The translations under genes were made by a program, and so were the position numbers. Positions 28,964-38,861 of a DNA stretch of 64,000 bases are shown here, piece after piece. The stretch spans positions 2,208,001 to 2,272,000 of the forward strand of contig OZ240248.1 in the NCBI GenBank assembly GCA_965198235.1, written 5' to 3'. How positions within the stretch are numbered: position 1 is the first letter of the stretch; the number at the start of each line of letters is the position of its first letter. The notes below the pieces were generated by a model. The model was not told where the DNA came from. It saw only the letters and a list, made by a program, of their open reading frames with translations, and ran no database searches. The stretch is from Candidatus Poribacteria bacterium. GTDB taxonomy: Bacteria; Poribacteria; WGA-4E; WGA-3G.

Positions 28964-29938
28964 TTACTTCACCTCGCTCTCCTCTTGTGCAAGTTCATCA
29001 TCTAAAATATGCCAAGTTTCCTCTGCTTTCCGTTTGGTTAACCATGCTTCAAACTGTTCGTTTGCCAATTCCTGCCGAATCCGCTCTGTGATCTCCTCAT
29101 TGACTTTTTTATACGTTTTTGGGTACGCCGAATTATTCCGGATGCGTTCGACGATCTGGTATCCATTTGAAACGCGGAGCGGCGTGCTCCGTTCAGAAAC
29201 TTGTAATTCAGTTACAATAGCCCCCAAGAGTGTGTCTACTTCAAGCGTTGGGACCTCGAACCTGAGTTCTAACTGTGTTTCATAAGTGTCACGTACTGCC
29301 TGAAATGTTTCACCTTGCTGTAAACGTTCATTGAGTTTTTGCACCAGTGCCTCGGCAGTTTGCTTTTCTGCGGCGGATCCATTCTTTGGCATGATAATGA
29401 GTAATGATTTGAAGGTGACTGTGGGTGGCACAATAAACTCGGTGCTGTTTGCATCGTAATACGACTTGGCTAACCTCGCGACCTTTTCGCTGTTGATGGC
29501 GTTGAAAAATATGCGGCGGAAGAATTCATCGTAAATTAACTGGTCGTAGACCCGTGCTTCTATTGCCTCTTTTTCCAATTGGGATTGCTGCAAAACGCTT
29601 TGGAACGCTGTCTCCGAAGTATATTTGGCAGAAATTTCTGTTATCTTTGCGGCTACCTGTGAATCACGCTCGGTTACGACAATACCGAGTCGTTCAGCTT
29701 CTTGTAAGCCGAATTTGCGGTTGATAATGGTATTGAGTGCCGCGCGTTTCTCGGCGACGGTCGGTGGCATACCGGTGCGTGTCCCCAAGAAGACTGTAGC
29801 GATACGAAATTCATCTTCGAGTTCGCTGCGTGTGATAGCATCTTCGTTAACGACCGCGATGATAGAATCAATAAGCGTTTGGGCGGACGCGTTACCACCG
29901 ATACAGAATAGGATCAGAAAGGTAATGTAGCGAATCAT
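28964..29938 (-). CDS. SurA/PrsA-like periplasmic chaperone (peptidyl-prolyl isomerase-like)
   Basis: Signal peptide, 'IDSIIAVVNEDAITRSEL' (SurA_N), degenerate parvulin region. Confidence 0.75.
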   Translation of the reverse strand: MIRYITFLILFCIGGNASAQTLIDSIIAVVNEDAITRSELEDEFRIATVFLGTRTGMPPTVAEKRAALNTIINRKFGLQEAERLGIVVTERDSQVAAKITEISAKYTSETAFQSVLQQSQLEKEAIEARVYDQLIYDEFFRRIFFNAINSEKVARLAKSYYDANSTEFIVPPTVTFKSLLIIMPKNGSAAEKQTAEALVQKLNERLQQGETFQAVRDTYETQLELRFEVPTLEVDTLLGAIVTELQVSERSTPLRVSNGYQIVERIRNNSAYPKTYKKVNEEITERIRQELANEQFEAWLTKRKAEETWHILDDELAQEESEVK

Positions 29939-29939
29939 A

Positions 29940-31112
29940 TTACTGCGGATTCCTCGGCGTTAGCCACTCCTCTTCAATGTGCAAACCGAGTCCGGGACCG
30001 TCATTTGGAGAGATGTAGCTATCCGTTGGGAGAGACTCACCTTCAAATAGTTTCGTTTCCTCTAACGGGACACCGGGTGCGGTGCCGAGGTAGTATTCTA
30101 CCCAAGGCGTGTTCGGCATAGCAGCGGAAAGATGGAGTCCGGATTGCCGGAGTCCGCCGCCATGGAAAATTACAGTGAGTCCGGCGGCATCTGCGAGGTG
30201 GCAAATTTTGACGCATTCGGTTATCCCACCTACCCAGAAGGTATCGGGTTGCAGAATATCCAAGCACCGTTTTTCGATAATCTGTTGAAATGGGAAACGG
30301 GTGTAGTGGTGTTCGCCACTTGCTAAACTTACCCAATCGACAGCCTCTCTAACTTTTACTAAGCCGTCAATATCTTCTGGAATGAGAAACTCCTCAATCC
30401 ACTTGAGGCGATACGGACGGAGACGGTGTGCTAAGCGGATGGTGTAATCGACATCGAAAGCCATGTAGCAATCGAGCATAATTTCAACGTCGTCACCGAC
30501 CGTCTCTCTGGTTTTCGCCACCAGTTTCTCGTTTTCTTTCAAGCCCCATTCGCCGTCAACAGGACCATAGGGACACGCCAATTTCACCGCTTTGAATCCG
30601 AGTTCCAACTGCCAATCGGTATCGTTGCCTGTGGCGTAAGCAAACATCTTTTCACGCAACGGTCCGCCAAGCAGTTCATAGACGGGTTGGTTCTTAATTT
30701 TCCCGTTCAGATCCCACAGGGCGATGTCGACGCCGCTCATCGCGCAACTGGTTAAGCCTTGTGAACCGTAAGGTTTGGACATACGAAACATCATATCCCA
30801 AATCTTCTCAACGGCGAAGCAATTTTCACCGATCAGCATCGGTGCGAAGTGTTCATCAATAATCGCGGCGACGGGTGTGCCGAAAGAAGTTTCCCCTATG
30901 CCCCAAGTGCCGTCTTCAGCGGTAACTTTGACGTAGACCTGATCCCACGTCTTCGGCATCCAACTGGAACGGTGGCGTTTATATTGTGGATAGCGCGACA
31001 TCGGGTTCGCAACTTCAGCATGGGCACTCCACGGCTCACGGCGGGGTTCCGTGCGTTTGATGTCGCGTTGTGGCACATTGATTCGGACTGTCTGTATGTC
31101 TTTGATTTTCAT
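29940..31112 (-). CDS. rhmD: L-rhamnonate dehydratase-like enolase-superfamily enzyme
   Basis: 'VANPMSRYP', 'AYATG', 'KLACPYGP', 'MLDCYM', 'WIEE', 'SGEH', 'LQPD'. Confidence 0.75.
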   Translation of the reverse strand: MKIKDIQTVRINVPQRDIKRTEPRREPWSAHAEVANPMSRYPQYKRHRSSWMPKTWDQVYVKVTAEDGTWGIGETSFGTPVAAIIDEHFAPMLIGENCFAVEKIWDMMFRMSKPYGSQGLTSCAMSGVDIALWDLNGKIKNQPVYELLGGPLREKMFAYATGNDTDWQLELGFKAVKLACPYGPVDGEWGLKENEKLVAKTRETVGDDVEIMLDCYMAFDVDYTIRLAHRLRPYRLKWIEEFLIPEDIDGLVKVREAVDWVSLASGEHHYTRFPFQQIIEKRCLDILQPDTFWVGGITECVKICHLADAAGLTVIFHGGGLRQSGLHLSAAMPNTPWVEYYLGTAPGVPLEETKLFEGESLPTDSYISPNDGPGLGLHIEEEWLTPRNPQ

Positions 31113-31302
31113 CGTCTCGCTCCGTTCAAGGTTTGTCGCATGATACCACAATTCGGTGTTTAATTCAAGGAGTTTTGGGAACAATCTCGTTCATTTCACT
31201 TTCAGTGTTTTGTTTGACATCTGCTCGCCGAATATGTTATTATTACCCTTAATTGACAGACATTATGGAGAAGAAAAATGGCGCAAGAACTGAATCTCGG
31301 CT

Positions 31303-31998
31303 TTATTCCGTCAGTTCTATCAAGCCACAACCGATTTTGGCACCGCCTCCCGGTTGGATTGGGGGTGTCCTCATCTGCGTGTTGGCATGGGAGTGCGGCG
31401 GTGTCCCCGGTGGGTGGAAATGCGGTTGGACCGTTTCCATGTTCATGTCCATCTGCGTGTTCATGTGTTGCGCGTGCGGGTTGGTTAGGAAGGTGTCACC
31501 CGTTTCGTGAACCATAATCAGTTTGCCGAGGATGTCGGTGTTTGGATCTCCACCGAGAGACCAGAACGGTGTCTTAAATTCCAGAATACCCGTGCCATCC
31601 TCGCTGACCGAGATGTTGCCGACTTCGCCTACGCCAATAGGAAGTGTATTGAGTGTCGCTTGGACGACAGGTATACCCGGTGTACCGATTGGAACCTCCA
31701 TCGGATGCCAATGTGGTCCTATGTCGATGCAACTGCTACCGGTATGGAGGTGCATAGCGTGTAGACCCGGTGTCGCGTTCTGGATCTCAATTATGACGTG
31801 AATCCCTTCGTTTACTTCGGTGAAAGTGGCAGTGCCAGTTAGACCGCTTCCGTCCATTTCAGAGATAGTGGCGACTGCTACTTTGTCAACAGGTTCCACA
31901 GTGATCATCTGTGTTGGAATCTTTTCACAACCCACTATAAGACATATCGCCATAATAAGGGTTATTAACACTACGTAGGCGTAGGACCTGATATTCAT
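31303..31998 (-). CDS. Cu/Zn superoxide dismutase-family lipoprotein (atypical)
   Basis: 'IVGC' lipobox, 'PGLHAMHLH', 'GPHWHP', 'VGNI', 'IMVHETGD', 'GAKIGCGLI'. Confidence 0.8.
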   Translation of the reverse strand: MNIRSYAYVVLITLIMAICLIVGCEKIPTQMITVEPVDKVAVATISEMDGSGLTGTATFTEVNEGIHVIIEIQNATPGLHAMHLHTGSSCIDIGPHWHPMEVPIGTPGIPVVQATLNTLPIGVGEVGNISVSEDGTGILEFKTPFWSLGGDPNTDILGKLIMVHETGDTFLTNPHAQHMNTQMDMNMETVQPHFHPPGTPPHSHANTQMRTPPIQPGGGAKIGCGLIELTE

Positions 31999-32114
31999 GA
32001 AATATCCTTGTTTAGAACTGTTTAATTGCGGCTTTTGACATGAAAAGTACTATATCACACCTCAATGTCAAGGGCAATGAAAACCCATTATTCAATCGGA
32101 CATTTAATTCTCTC

Positions 32115-32138
32115 GTAGGACGGATATCCGAATCCCGA
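32115..32138 (+). repeat. GTAG-class REP-like palindrome
   Basis: GTAGGACGGATATCCGAATCCCGA, a variant of 8178-8201. Confidence 0.65.
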
Positions 32139-32255
32139 TACCTCGCGCCCCTCCGAAACAGACAACTAATAACCAAACGCCCCTAATTAGTGCTTGACAT
32201 TCTGCCTTATATTGATACAATAGAGGCATACTATCCAGAACATGGAGGGAATGAG

Positions 32256-33101
32256 ATGGGATATAAATTAGATCCGAATGCAATGTATCGGATGCCGACA
32301 CATTTTGGACCGAGGACGGGACCGAGATACGGACCCGATGGCAGAAAATTCGAGTGTAAAGATAACCCGAAATCAACGTCAGTTTCAGTGAGTTTCCTGA
32401 CAAACAGCGAGCAACTTGAGGCTTTTCTACCGCCAGGCTTCTCGCTTAACGGCGAACCCGTTGTATCCGTGTCCGGAGGCTATATGAAGGAAATTGAATG
32501 GCTCGCAGGGCGCGGCTACAATACTCTTGGCGTTAGTTTCCCAGTGGTTTTCAACGGTGAAGTGGACCAGGCGACGGGTTCTCTGTTGACGGTGCTGTGG
32601 GAAAACCTGACGGATCCGATTTTGACAGGACGCGAGGAATTAGGCTTCTCTAAAATCTATTGCAAACTTCCAGACCCGATAACTTTTAACGGCGAAACAC
32701 ACTGCACCGCCAGTTGGCTCGGTTTTAAGTTCATGGACATGCGCGTGAACGCGACAGAACAAGTCCCGATACAAACCGCGTCCGCCCCGCCGCAGACGAG
32801 TGGTGAACAACCGCTCACCGGTACATTACATTATAAATACATGCCGAGAACGGGTGTATGGGGCACCGCTGATATTGCCTACGCTGTGCTGACGCCAGCG
32901 AGAACACCAAATCGGGTCGTGCAGGAGCAGTGGCGCGGCGAGGGAACAGTGGAATTCCACAAAGCGCGTTGGGAAGACCTACCGACGCAGTACAACATTG
33001 TCAACGCCTTCCACGAATTGGAAGTCAAGGAGTGGCGTGGTGCATCTATCGTCAAAGCTGTCGGTGGAAAAGACCTGAGCGATCAACGCATCTTGCGTTA
33101 A
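32256..33101 (+). CDS. Acetoacetate decarboxylase-like (ADC superfamily) protein
   Basis: 'WLAGRGYN', 'VLWENLTDPILTGREELGFSKIY'. GGAGG RBS. TTGACA/TACAAT promoter at 32194-32221. Confidence 0.8.
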   Translation: MGYKLDPNAMYRMPTHFGPRTGPRYGPDGRKFECKDNPKSTSVSVSFLTNSEQLEAFLPPGFSLNGEPVVSVSGGYMKEIEWLAGRGYNTLGVSFPVVFNGEVDQATGSLLTVLWENLTDPILTGREELGFSKIYCKLPDPITFNGETHCTASWLGFKFMDMRVNATEQVPIQTASAPPQTSGEQPLTGTLHYKYMPRTGVWGTADIAYAVLTPARTPNRVVQEQWRGEGTVEFHKARWEDLPTQYNIVNAFHELEVKEWRGASIVKAVGGKDLSDQRILR

Positions 33102-33104
33102 TTT

Positions 33105-33941
33105 TTAGTCCATTACTGAGCCGCCTGCGACGGTGATGGAAACCCCTGTTAGGTAGGCGGCTTCGTCTGAAGCGAGGAAAGCAGCCATCTTGGCAACATC
33201 TGTTCCCTCGGCGAGGCGTCCGAAAGGAACACCTGCCTTGGATTGGCGTGCGTATTCCGAAAGTTGTTCATCAGCAGAGAGGTTATCGGGCATTAGCACA
33301 GATGCAAGATGCCCGACACGCTCTGTGTCCACAAGTCCAGGACAAATAGCGTTGACATTAACTTGATAAGGTGCGAGTTCGTGGGCAAGTGATTGCGTGA
33401 AACCGATCACGGCGAATTTTGAGGCACTATATGCGGCAAAGCGCGCCGATCCTCGTTTTCCAGTAACAGATGAAATATTAATGATTTTGCCTCCCGTTCT
33501 CTGCGCGATGAGATGACGTGCCACTGCTTGAGAACAGAGGAACACGCCTTTCACGTTAACCCGTTGCACCCTATCCCAATCTTCTTCAGCCAGATCGACA
33601 ACCGGCACACGATCCTTGCCCGCTATTGTTCCGGCGTTGTTGACGAGGATGTCGATTTTGCCGAAATGTGCGACGGTTTCATCTACCATCTCGCGAACTT
33701 GTCCTGCATCTGAAACGTCCGCAACGACGCTGATGGCGCGTTGTCCCATCGCCTCAATTTCACGAACAACATCGGGTAGACCTTGCCAATCCGGTTGATC
33801 TGCGGCGTAAGGATGCTCGGTAATGTCGTTGACGGCGACATCGGCACCTTCTTTCGCCAAGCGGGTCGCAATGGCACGTCCGATGCCGTTTTTGCCGCCT
33901 GCCCCTGTTACTAAGGCGACTTTTCCATTTAAGTTGTACAT
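33105..33941 (-). CDS. SDR family oxidoreductase
   Basis: 'TGAGGKNGIG', 'NNAG', 'YSASK'. Confidence 0.92.
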   Translation of the reverse strand: MYNLNGKVALVTGAGGKNGIGRAIATRLAKEGADVAVNDITEHPYAADQPDWQGLPDVVREIEAMGQRAISVVADVSDAGQVREMVDETVAHFGKIDILVNNAGTIAGKDRVPVVDLAEEDWDRVQRVNVKGVFLCSQAVARHLIAQRTGGKIINISSVTGKRGSARFAAYSASKFAVIGFTQSLAHELAPYQVNVNAICPGLVDTERVGHLASVLMPDNLSADEQLSEYARQSKAGVPFGRLAEGTDVAKMAAFLASDEAAYLTGVSITVAGGSVMD

Positions 33942-33995
33942 TGGGATATAACTCCTTTAACTAACCTGTGTCGTTTAATGTGGCTTTGCGGTGCC

Positions 33996-35924
33996 TTAAG
34001 GCGACCAGAGTACGTACGTCGGGATATTAAACAGTGTGCCGAGCAGTGCCCAAAGCCCTACGAACACATAATCACCCATTACTAATCCTAAAAAGAACGG
34101 GATCGCGCGTTGATGTGCCCGTAAACCAAAAACCGTGAGGATGACGAACTTCACCAACCAGCCGAGGAAAACCGAGAACCAGAAATCCGCAAGTCCGCCC
34201 CACGTCGCGGCTGTCATCACATATCCAATCGGATGGAAGGGCCACCAGATAAATTTGTGCCGTAGGAAGTAGAGAATCCACGTCATCACTGCCCCAATCC
34301 CCATAGATTGCGTCCCACCCCAATCGGGACCGGTAGGGTTGTTAATCCACCGTTGTAAGCGTCTCCCGAAGACCTCGTTGCCGATACCGACGACATACCC
34401 GTGCACCGCCAGTGCGCCTGTGTCATAGAGCAGATAGAGAAACGCCCAAAACGATGCAAGCGTCCCTATAATGATCGCGAACATCATCACCCAGACGAGT
34501 CTTCTGCTGTTAATACCGGCACGTTCGGCGAGTTTGAATCCCTCTAATTGGTTCGGCATCGGATGGGAAACGTTAAGCCGATTCAGCCAGTAGTAGAATG
34601 AGATAATTGTGAGGTTACTGGTGCCGACAAACCGCGGACCGAAGGTCACTGCCATGAGCCGTGCTGGATCCAGTGCGAGGATCTCGTGTGATGGCGGACC
34701 GAATTCGGCGCGCACCCGTGTTACACCGAGTGCCATCAAGGTGAAAATAACGATGAAGCCGAGTACACCGCCCAAGTTCATCCCCGCCTGTACCGAAAAT
34801 AGGGTGAGTCCGATGCATCCGAAAATTAATCCGAGGACAGCAGCCCGGTACGGCATCGGTTCATTTGAATCGTCAAACGCTCGCTTGTTTGTGAAGCAAT
34901 TCACCACGACATCTCGGAGATGATGCCGAGTTCCCCACAACGCAAGAACGCCGACGGCAAGCCATGCACCGCCCGATCGTTCCGCAAAATAGAGTTCACC
35001 TTCGCCTAACATCCCGACGCGGATAATCCGTTCCGCTTTGCCAAACAGATAGAAAAACCACGCCGACATCGAAATATCCAACGGCACGAAGAAAGTCAAG
35101 CCTATGATAAAAGGATAGGCAGATAGCGACACCCATCCGACAGCGTTCCACGGTTTGTCCGTGAAAAGATGCGTGATTGAGTAGTAGTTGAGTTGGATAG
35201 AAGGGACCTGGGGAAATAGATAACTTAATCCTGCGAGAAGTTCAATAAATGCGGCGACCGAAAAGCCTATCCACATCGTGCCGTTTTTGTAGAAACTTTT
35301 TCGTCCCTGCGCCATCTGAAGGGGTAACTGGATTATCGGATAGGCTAACTTTTCACGCTCTGTCCACTGGACGCGGATAATGGTGTTGAGACATATTAGC
35401 GTGAACCAGAGCAGTGCGACGAATCCTGTCCACACCAAAATCGGCACTGCCCAGCCGCGCAGATGCTTTGCGAGGTAAAAGGTCGAATCGCCTTCAAAGT
35501 AGTCATCTAAGGCACTGTTCTCAGGAACGAACCATGTCGGAATGTAACGCCAGAACAGGTCCGCCCACTCGTTTTCTGGAGTCGCGAACCGGAATGGATG
35601 GGCGAGTGTACCGATTAGGAACGTCATCATGGAATGGCCGCCGATTGTCGATACCATGACCACCATAATATAGATAACAAGGAGTTCCTGTGCGGTCAGT
35701 GCGTTGCGGGGGGCAAGTCTTTTCCAAACGAGGTTGAAACCGATGACGGCAAAAAGGGTAAAAATTGCATTGAAGAAGAGTGAAACGAAGTTGAGAAGGA
35801 ACTGCGGCTGGATCATCTCCGCCGCGTAGGCGAGCCAGTAGGCGTTCCCGATAACGAGGAGTGTACCAATCAGGAGTGCGCGGAGCGTAATTCCAGATGT
35901 AAAAGAGGCGTGAGGTTTTGGCAT
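33996..35924 (-). CDS. Large polytopic membrane protein (DUF6785/DUF6784-like, possibly OPT-related)
   Basis: 642 aa with many TM helices. 'QWTEREKLAYPI', 'RVRAEFG', 'WWPFHPIGY'. Confidence 0.7.
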   Translation of the reverse strand: MPKPHASFTSGITLRALLIGTLLVIGNAYWLAYAAEMIQPQFLLNFVSLFFNAIFTLFAVIGFNLVWKRLAPRNALTAQELLVIYIMVVMVSTIGGHSMMTFLIGTLAHPFRFATPENEWADLFWRYIPTWFVPENSALDDYFEGDSTFYLAKHLRGWAVPILVWTGFVALLWFTLICLNTIIRVQWTEREKLAYPIIQLPLQMAQGRKSFYKNGTMWIGFSVAAFIELLAGLSYLFPQVPSIQLNYYSITHLFTDKPWNAVGWVSLSAYPFIIGLTFFVPLDISMSAWFFYLFGKAERIIRVGMLGEGELYFAERSGGAWLAVGVLALWGTRHHLRDVVVNCFTNKRAFDDSNEPMPYRAAVLGLIFGCIGLTLFSVQAGMNLGGVLGFIVIFTLMALGVTRVRAEFGPPSHEILALDPARLMAVTFGPRFVGTSNLTIISFYYWLNRLNVSHPMPNQLEGFKLAERAGINSRRLVWVMMFAIIIGTLASFWAFLYLLYDTGALAVHGYVVGIGNEVFGRRLQRWINNPTGPDWGGTQSMGIGAVMTWILYFLRHKFIWWPFHPIGYVMTAATWGGLADFWFSVFLGWLVKFVILTVFGLRAHQRAIPFFLGLVMGDYVFVGLWALLGTLFNIPTYVLWSP

Positions 35925-35971
35925 TTTTAGATAGCGGTCGGCTTTCAGCGTTCAGCAGTCGGTGGAGATAG

Positions 35972-36514
35972 TTATCGGTGCTTCGTCGGGTCGATGGCGA
36001 CTTCATAGATGTAATCATTTCCGTTCTTGAGTAGCACCCATTCGGTGTTGTCTTTAGATGCGGCAGCGGATAGGTCCTTGCCATTTGCACCGAGTGTCCA
36101 TTGAACGAGGCTATCTCGGACCATTCCATTGTCGAAATCAAACATGAATTCGACGCTATCATCTTCCCACCACCTGGCATTGTCCGGATTGACATCTTGG
36201 AGTTTATCGTCGGTAATTTCAACAGCGAAATAGATGCGAGTTGAGTCTTGTGCACTCCACGCGACACTCCCCTGCCCCGTAAAATCACTGGCTTTAGGGA
36301 CACCGTCACCGACATCTTTCAGTTCATCAAAGGCAACGGTTTCGGCGCGTTGCCATTCGCCGAGATTGCCGTCTACTTTGAGGTTCGTGATTTGTTTAGC
36401 GACGTACTGTTTATCACGTTTTGCAACCGCTGTGAGGTGTGTTACGAAGAATACCAGCGTGACAGCTGTTATCAGTCTGACTGCGACCTTAAAAGACTTC
36501 ATAAACTTTTTCAT
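35972..36514 (-). CDS. Exported CBM9/DOMON-like sugar-binding protein, probably C-terminally truncated
   Basis: Signal peptide, 'KVDGNLGEW', 'IYFAVEITDD', 'WWEDDSVEF'. Ends 6 residues after 'YEVAI'. Confidence 0.65.
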   Translation of the reverse strand: MKKFMKSFKVAVRLITAVTLVFFVTHLTAVAKRDKQYVAKQITNLKVDGNLGEWQRAETVAFDELKDVGDGVPKASDFTGQGSVAWSAQDSTRIYFAVEITDDKLQDVNPDNARWWEDDSVEFMFDFDNGMVRDSLVQWTLGANGKDLSAAASKDNTEWVLLKNGNDYIYEVAIDPTKHR

Positions 36515-37884
36515 TCGAGAATTCCTTCGTTTTTCAACGTCTGAATCAGTTGATCCTGTGTGCTATTCCTCTTCATCAATTTGCACGCGCCACACAATAA
36601 CTGAAGGTTATCAGGAGGATCGGCACCTCCTTTGGATTTCGCTACAATATGGTCAACTGTCATACTATGAAATGGGAATAACGTTTGACAGCCATTGCAT
36701 CTGCCTTCCTGAAGTCCAAATAGCGTATGCTTGCAGGTTCGACCCTGCTGGTAAAGTTTAGGATTACCTTTTCGGTGGATAACCTTCTTGATAATCCCGT
36801 GCTGTTCAAGACGTAGTTTGACCAGTTTGAAAGATTTAGGGCTTAAATCAATACCGATCCAGCGACGTTGTAGTCGTTCTGCGGCAATACATGTGGTAGC
36901 ACACCCGCAGAAAGGGTCGAGCACCATGTCACCCGGATCACTACTTGCACGAATAATTCGCTCTAACAAAGCGATCGGTTTCTGTGTGGGATACCCAATA
37001 CGCTCTTTATTTCGTGCGGTTAAGTTGGGAATATCTACCCAGATGTTGTTTAGCGTTTTGCCTTTCTGTTCGTCAAGATATCGTTTGTATCGAGGAACGT
37101 TTCCGGGTCGCGTTTGCACAACACGTCCGGCTTCAATCTCCTTTAACATCCGCGATTCCGCCCATCGCCATGTTCTGATGATTCCCATCACCTCATAGGT
37201 GAGGTGAGAATCGGGGTCTTGGGTCTGAGCGGTTATAGAGGTATGCGATACGAGTCGTCCGGTGCCGGGTTCAACATAATAATATTGACGTTTGGTTTTC
37301 TCGTCGAGATCCTCCATGTCATAGGGGATCGTGACGGCATCAGGATTCCAGACGAAATCGTTGCTTTTTGAATACCGGAGGATGAGATCGGAATCTCGCG
37401 CCAGCCCTTTTTTGAGATTCCCTTTGCTGGTTACAGCTCTTTGCCAAACGATCTCATTCCTAAAATTATCTCTCCCGAAAATGCCATCCATCATCATTTT
37501 GAGATAGTGACTTGCGTTGTCATCGCAATGGAGATAGATGGTTCCTGTCGGTTTCAGGATTCGATACATCTCCAGCATCCTGATACCCATCATAATCAGA
37601 TAGGCTTTCATGGACTTCCCGTGAGTGAATTCAGCGGTACTGATGGCGTGATAAAGGTCGGGTGCTTTCTCTGCCAGTTCACCGTGCCACGTGCTATCTA
37701 AATCGTTTGGTGTCCAGGAATCTTTGAATGCTGCGCCTGCTGCCTCGCTCTCTGTCGGTGCTTCAAAGGTTCGATTGGAGTTGAAAGGTGGGTCCAGATA
37801 GATCAAATCAATGGTATCAGCGTCAAGACCGCGAAGCACATACAGATTGTCACCTTCAAAGATGGTTCGGTTTTCGACATTCAT
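36511..37884 (-). CDS. Beta-class N6A/N4C DNA methyltransferase fused to a C-terminal HNH domain
   Basis: 'IYLDPPF' precedes 'YPTQKP' and 'VLDPFCGCAT'. C-terminus 'CNGC...VDHIVAKSKGG...NLQLLCGAC'. Confidence 0.9.
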   Translation of the reverse strand: MNVENRTIFEGDNLYVLRGLDADTIDLIYLDPPFNSNRTFEAPTESEAAGAAFKDSWTPNDLDSTWHGELAEKAPDLYHAISTAEFTHGKSMKAYLIMMGIRMLEMYRILKPTGTIYLHCDDNASHYLKMMMDGIFGRDNFRNEIVWQRAVTSKGNLKKGLARDSDLILRYSKSNDFVWNPDAVTIPYDMEDLDEKTKRQYYYVEPGTGRLVSHTSITAQTQDPDSHLTYEVMGIIRTWRWAESRMLKEIEAGRVVQTRPGNVPRYKRYLDEQKGKTLNNIWVDIPNLTARNKERIGYPTQKPIALLERIIRASSDPGDMVLDPFCGCATTCIAAERLQRRWIGIDLSPKSFKLVKLRLEQHGIIKKVIHRKGNPKLYQQGRTCKHTLFGLQEGRCNGCQTLFPFHSMTVDHIVAKSKGGADPPDNLQLLCGACKLMKRNSTQDQLIQTLKNEGILE

Positions 37885-37902
37885 TTTACTGCCTTAATGT
37901 GT

Positions 37903-37928
37903 GTAGGCACGCTTGGAGGCGTGCCTAC
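37903..37928. repeat. Perfect GTAG palindrome (REP-like or terminator)
   Basis: GTAGGCACGC-TTGGAG-GCGTGCCTAC. Confidence 0.7.
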
Positions 37929-37943
37929 GAAGAGCGTAGCGTC

Positions 37944-38375
37944 TTATCGACGTGCTTTGAGAGTTCCCCACGTCACGGCAAGTTTGCCGTTGGGATCCAC
38001 TGCGAGTCCCGTGTCAGACTTGAAGTTCTGATTGACTTCGGCTTCTTCAAGAACTCTGTCGTAGACGCTGAATTCGTCGATGATACCGGTAAACACACCG
38101 AATTCACCATCGGCTCTACCATCTAAACCGATAAACATGAAATTGTCCCACTCATCCTCAGGGAATTGGGCGAGATTCAGGACTCCCTCGTTTGTCTCTT
38201 TGCCATCAACGAAGTATTGGACGACACTATCCTCTGGGATGCCTATGACAGCAATGTGGTGCCACTTGTTGTCGTCAATATTGTTTCCCACATCTTCGAC
38301 GTTGCCTACCCAACCAGTGTCAAGATTAAGGACACCATTGCGAACCCACAAGGTTTTGGGACCCTTTTGCAGCAT
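37944..38375 (-). CDS. LamG-like protein, N-terminally deleted, with C-terminal TWG tag
   Basis: AAGGAG RBS. 'DNKWHHIAV', 'FTGIIDEFSVYDRVL', tail 'LAVDPNGKLAVTWGTLK'. No signal peptide. Confidence 0.7.
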   Translation of the reverse strand: MLQKGPKTLWVRNGVLNLDTGWVGNVEDVGNNIDDNKWHHIAVIGIPEDSVVQYFVDGKETNEGVLNLAQFPEDEWDNFMFIGLDGRADGEFGVFTGIIDEFSVYDRVLEEAEVNQNFKSDTGLAVDPNGKLAVTWGTLKARR

Positions 38376-38721
38376 AATTAAATCTCCTTTGATTTGTTTG
38401 TATATGGGAAACATGCAAGCGAGGCACTAAATAGGGAATGCCTTTTATCCCTGAAAAATCTTCCTAAGAATTAAGAATGCTCCGCCAACCACAATGATGA
38501 ACAGAGCAACAGAAAATAGGAAGGCGAAAATTGCTTGCAAAATTTGGAAGAGAATCAGGATACATGCAATAAAAATGACGATCCCGAAAATGACGAGTAA
38601 AATTGTTCCCATACGTTAATGTGATATGTGGATATGGATCCACGTGTTGCAGCTTTCTTGTAGACACGCTTAAATGAAGATTGAAAAATAAATTGGGTAA
38701 TTGACGGGCGATGAGGGATCT

Positions 38722-38753
38722 CCCTACTACACACGAGGCTGTTCGTAGTAGGG
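38722..38753. repeat. Inverted REP-like pair
   Basis: CCCTACTAC...GTAGTAGGG. Same head as 61951-61974. Confidence 0.55.
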
Positions 38754-38861
38754 CTGTCTATAGCACGTTCGGAAGTTACCCAATTAAATCCTAAACTTCA
38801 TAAAAGTGCGCCCAGTTGCTGCCCTTCATAATTAACCCCGTGTCTTTGAGGAGGGGTTGTT

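Noticed and set aside
35521-36315. 264-aa ORF bridging the CBM9-like and membrane-protein genes as a possible frameshift fusion
   Set aside because: The alternative-frame translation has no protein-like features and crosses a repeat tract.
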